Assembly: GCA_963662335.2 (NCBI GenBank)
Contig: CAXXVD010000002.1
Location: 32,001-96,000, forward strand
Length of the DNA stretch: 64,000 nucleotides
Direction of reading: 5' to 3'
From: Chloroflexota bacterium
GTDB lineage: Bacteria > Chloroflexota > UBA11872 > VXOZ01
Part shown: positions 62,131 to 64,000 of the stretch, one piece after another
Layout: every line of letters starts with the position of its first letter
Numbering within the stretch: position 1 is the stretch's first letter
Notes under the pieces: model-generated
Told to the model about the DNA's origin: nothing
Seen by the model: the letters and a program-made list of their open reading frames with translations, nothing else
The model's database searches: none
Position numbers and translations under genes: made by a program

Positions 62131-62243
62131 GGGCTTGTCCCCCGCCGGCCGCGTGGCGGAGCATGTCACGGGCTGGGCGCGAATGGCAACCATTGGTTCA
62201 ACAATAGGCGTGGAATCTCTCGCGCTGCATGGGAGGCGACCGC

Positions 62244-63848
62244 ATGGAGCTTGATAACGGGCTAGTCGCACACTGGCCGCTGGACGGGGATTGCGATGAT
62301 CATTCCGGCAACGGCAACCACGGCCGGCCCCAGGGAGCGCTCGCGTTCACCGCGCCGCTGCCGCTGGGCGGCGGCCCGGGCGCGGCCCGGTTCGACGGGC
62401 GCGGAGGGCGCATCACCGTGCCGCACGGCGAGAGCCTGGCGCTCGGCGCGGCGGACTTCTCCCTGGCGGCGTGGGTGAACGTGAATCGGGTCACCACGGA
62501 CGTGCCCGGCGACATCCTGAGCAAGTTCTGTCCAGAGACGCGGCGCGGCTTCAACTTCGGCATCCAGTCGGCGGCGGGCGTAGGCTCATCGCAAGCCAAC
62601 TGGCGCAACGTCTTCTTTGGCGTCGATAACGGCCAGGTGGAGCCGGTCTGGACCAACCACGGCCGCCCTGGCAATGCGCAGTACGTCATGGCCCTGGCCG
62701 TCCACGACGGCGCGCTCTACGCCGGCACGTACGAAGGCGGGGCCGGCGAGACCGGCCACGTGTACCGCTTTGCGGGCGGCAGCGCCTGGGAGGACTGCGG
62801 CGCGCCCGCCGGCTGCAACGCCGTGAGTGCGCTCGCCGAATACAATGGCGATCTCTACGCGGCGGTGAGTTGCTATCGCGCGCAGGGCTCGGCTCTGCCC
62901 AATTCGCCGAACCGTGTGCCGGGCGGCAACGTCTACCGCTACGCGGGCGGCAGGGAGTGGGTGGACTGCGGCCAGCTTGGCGACGCCGCGGACGTGTTCG
63001 GCCTGGCGGTCTACGCCGGCGAACTCTACGGCTCGGCCATGTATTCGGCCGGCATGTTCCGCTACGCCGGCGGCACAACCTGGTTGCCGTGCGGCGATCC
63101 GGGCACACGGGTTGCGGTGCTGGGCGTCTTCCAGGGCGGCCTCTACGCCACCGGCTACGACGTGGGCGGTGTCTTCCGCTATCAGGGCGAGCGCCGCTGG
63201 TCGTTTTGCGGCAATGCGGCGGGTTCCACCCAACTTTACTCGTTCGCCTCGTACCAGGGGCGGCTGCACACCGGCGTCTGGCCCAGCGGCTCGGTCTACC
63301 GCCAGGACGACGGCCTGCCGTGGTACAGTTGTGGGCGCTTGGGCGAGGAACTGGAAGTGATGGGCATGATGGTCTACAACGGCAAGCTCTATGCCGGCAC
63401 GCTGCCCACCGGTTCGGTCTACCGCTACGACAGCGAGGGCGCGTGGGCGAACACGGGCCAACTCGACACCACGCCGCACGTAAAATACCGCCGCGCCTGG
63501 ACGATGGCCGTCTACCAGGGCCGCCTCTTCTGCGGCACGCTGCCGTCGGGAAACGTGCTCTCGCTGGCGGCCGGCGCCAACGTCACCCACGACCACGCCC
63601 TGCCGGGCGGCTGGCGCCACCTCGCAGCCGTGCGTGCCGGCGGCGTGCTGCGCCTCTACGTCGACGGCGCCCTGGCAGCAGAATCCGCGTCCTTCAACGC
63701 CGCGGACTACGACCTCTCAATCGAAGAACCGCTCCAGATCGGCAACGGCCAAATCGGCCCCTTCAGCGGCAGCCTGAGCGGCGTGCGGCTCTACAACCGC
63801 GCACTTAGCGAGACTGAGGTTGCCGCGATGTGCGAGAGACCGCGATAG
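62244..63848 (+). CDS. LamG-like jellyroll interrupted by a beta-propeller
   Basis: N-half LVAHWPLDG...FSLAAWV; repeats W.DCG...Y.G.LYAGT...VYRY; C-half WRHLAAVR...LYVDG...YNRALS. Confidence 0.75.
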   Translation: MELDNGLVAHWPLDGDCDDHSGNGNHGRPQGALAFTAPLPLGGGPGAARFDGRGGRITVPHGESLALGAADFSLAAWVNVNRVTTDVPGDILSKFCPETRRGFNFGIQSAAGVGSSQANWRNVFFGVDNGQVEPVWTNHGRPGNAQYVMALAVHDGALYAGTYEGGAGETGHVYRFAGGSAWEDCGAPAGCNAVSALAEYNGDLYAAVSCYRAQGSALPNSPNRVPGGNVYRYAGGREWVDCGQLGDAADVFGLAVYAGELYGSAMYSAGMFRYAGGTTWLPCGDPGTRVAVLGVFQGGLYATGYDVGGVFRYQGERRWSFCGNAAGSTQLYSFASYQGRLHTGVWPSGSVYRQDDGLPWYSCGRLGEELEVMGMMVYNGKLYAGTLPTGSVYRYDSEGAWANTGQLDTTPHVKYRRAWTMAVYQGRLFCGTLPSGNVLSLAAGANVTHDHALPGGWRHLAAVRAGGVLRLYVDGALAAESASFNAADYDLSIEEPLQIGNGQIGPFSGSLSGVRLYNRALSETEVAAMCERPR

Positions 63849-64000
63849 TAGATTGAGGTTTGCGTCCGTTTAACCCACTACGGTTCTAGCGTAAGCCTGC
63901 ACGGGCTGGAACTTTCCCAACGATTACGCCTGAAAGGTCGATCCCAGTTCGACCCAGCCGTCATACGCGCGAAGGAAGACATAGCCGGCAAGACAAGCCC

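Overview
High-GC bacterial chromosome segment. It is most likely Chloroflexota (Dehalococcoidia/SAR202-like); this is inferred from gene content and dense intergenic palindromic repeats, not proven. Left part (1-22.6 kb) is mostly housekeeping: birA, jag-yidC-yidD-rnpA-rpmH, asparaginase II, tRNA-Cys, recR-ybaB, rpsA, then a Clp-N-only gene, clpC, radA, ispD, ispF, cysE and cysS. The standout locus is a compact minus-strand dop - small modifier - pafA operon (22919-26208). Its 69-aa middle ORF (24443-24652) is not given as its own ORF in the track; it is coupled to the dop stop, has a Pup-like acidic core and ends in GGE. No proteasome or ARC/Mpa genes lie next to it. The middle and right parts hold tandem NIF3-like paralogs, putP, a low-GC islet with a proteasome-beta-like Ntn hydrolase, a catabolic-looking stretch (aminotransferase, GldA-like, deacetylases, C45 amidase, two sulfatases), a frameshifted Fic module and an ABC exporter. 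A small defence-like island follows (HD hydrolase + YwgA/SocA-like, MNT with decapitated HEPN, TIR + TM effector) with a degenerate copy of the queF 5' end, then katG, queF, yhhQ and a LamG/beta-propeller protein. Intergenic DNA carries several REP-like families and two MITE families. All calls come from motif recognition by eye; no database searches were run.
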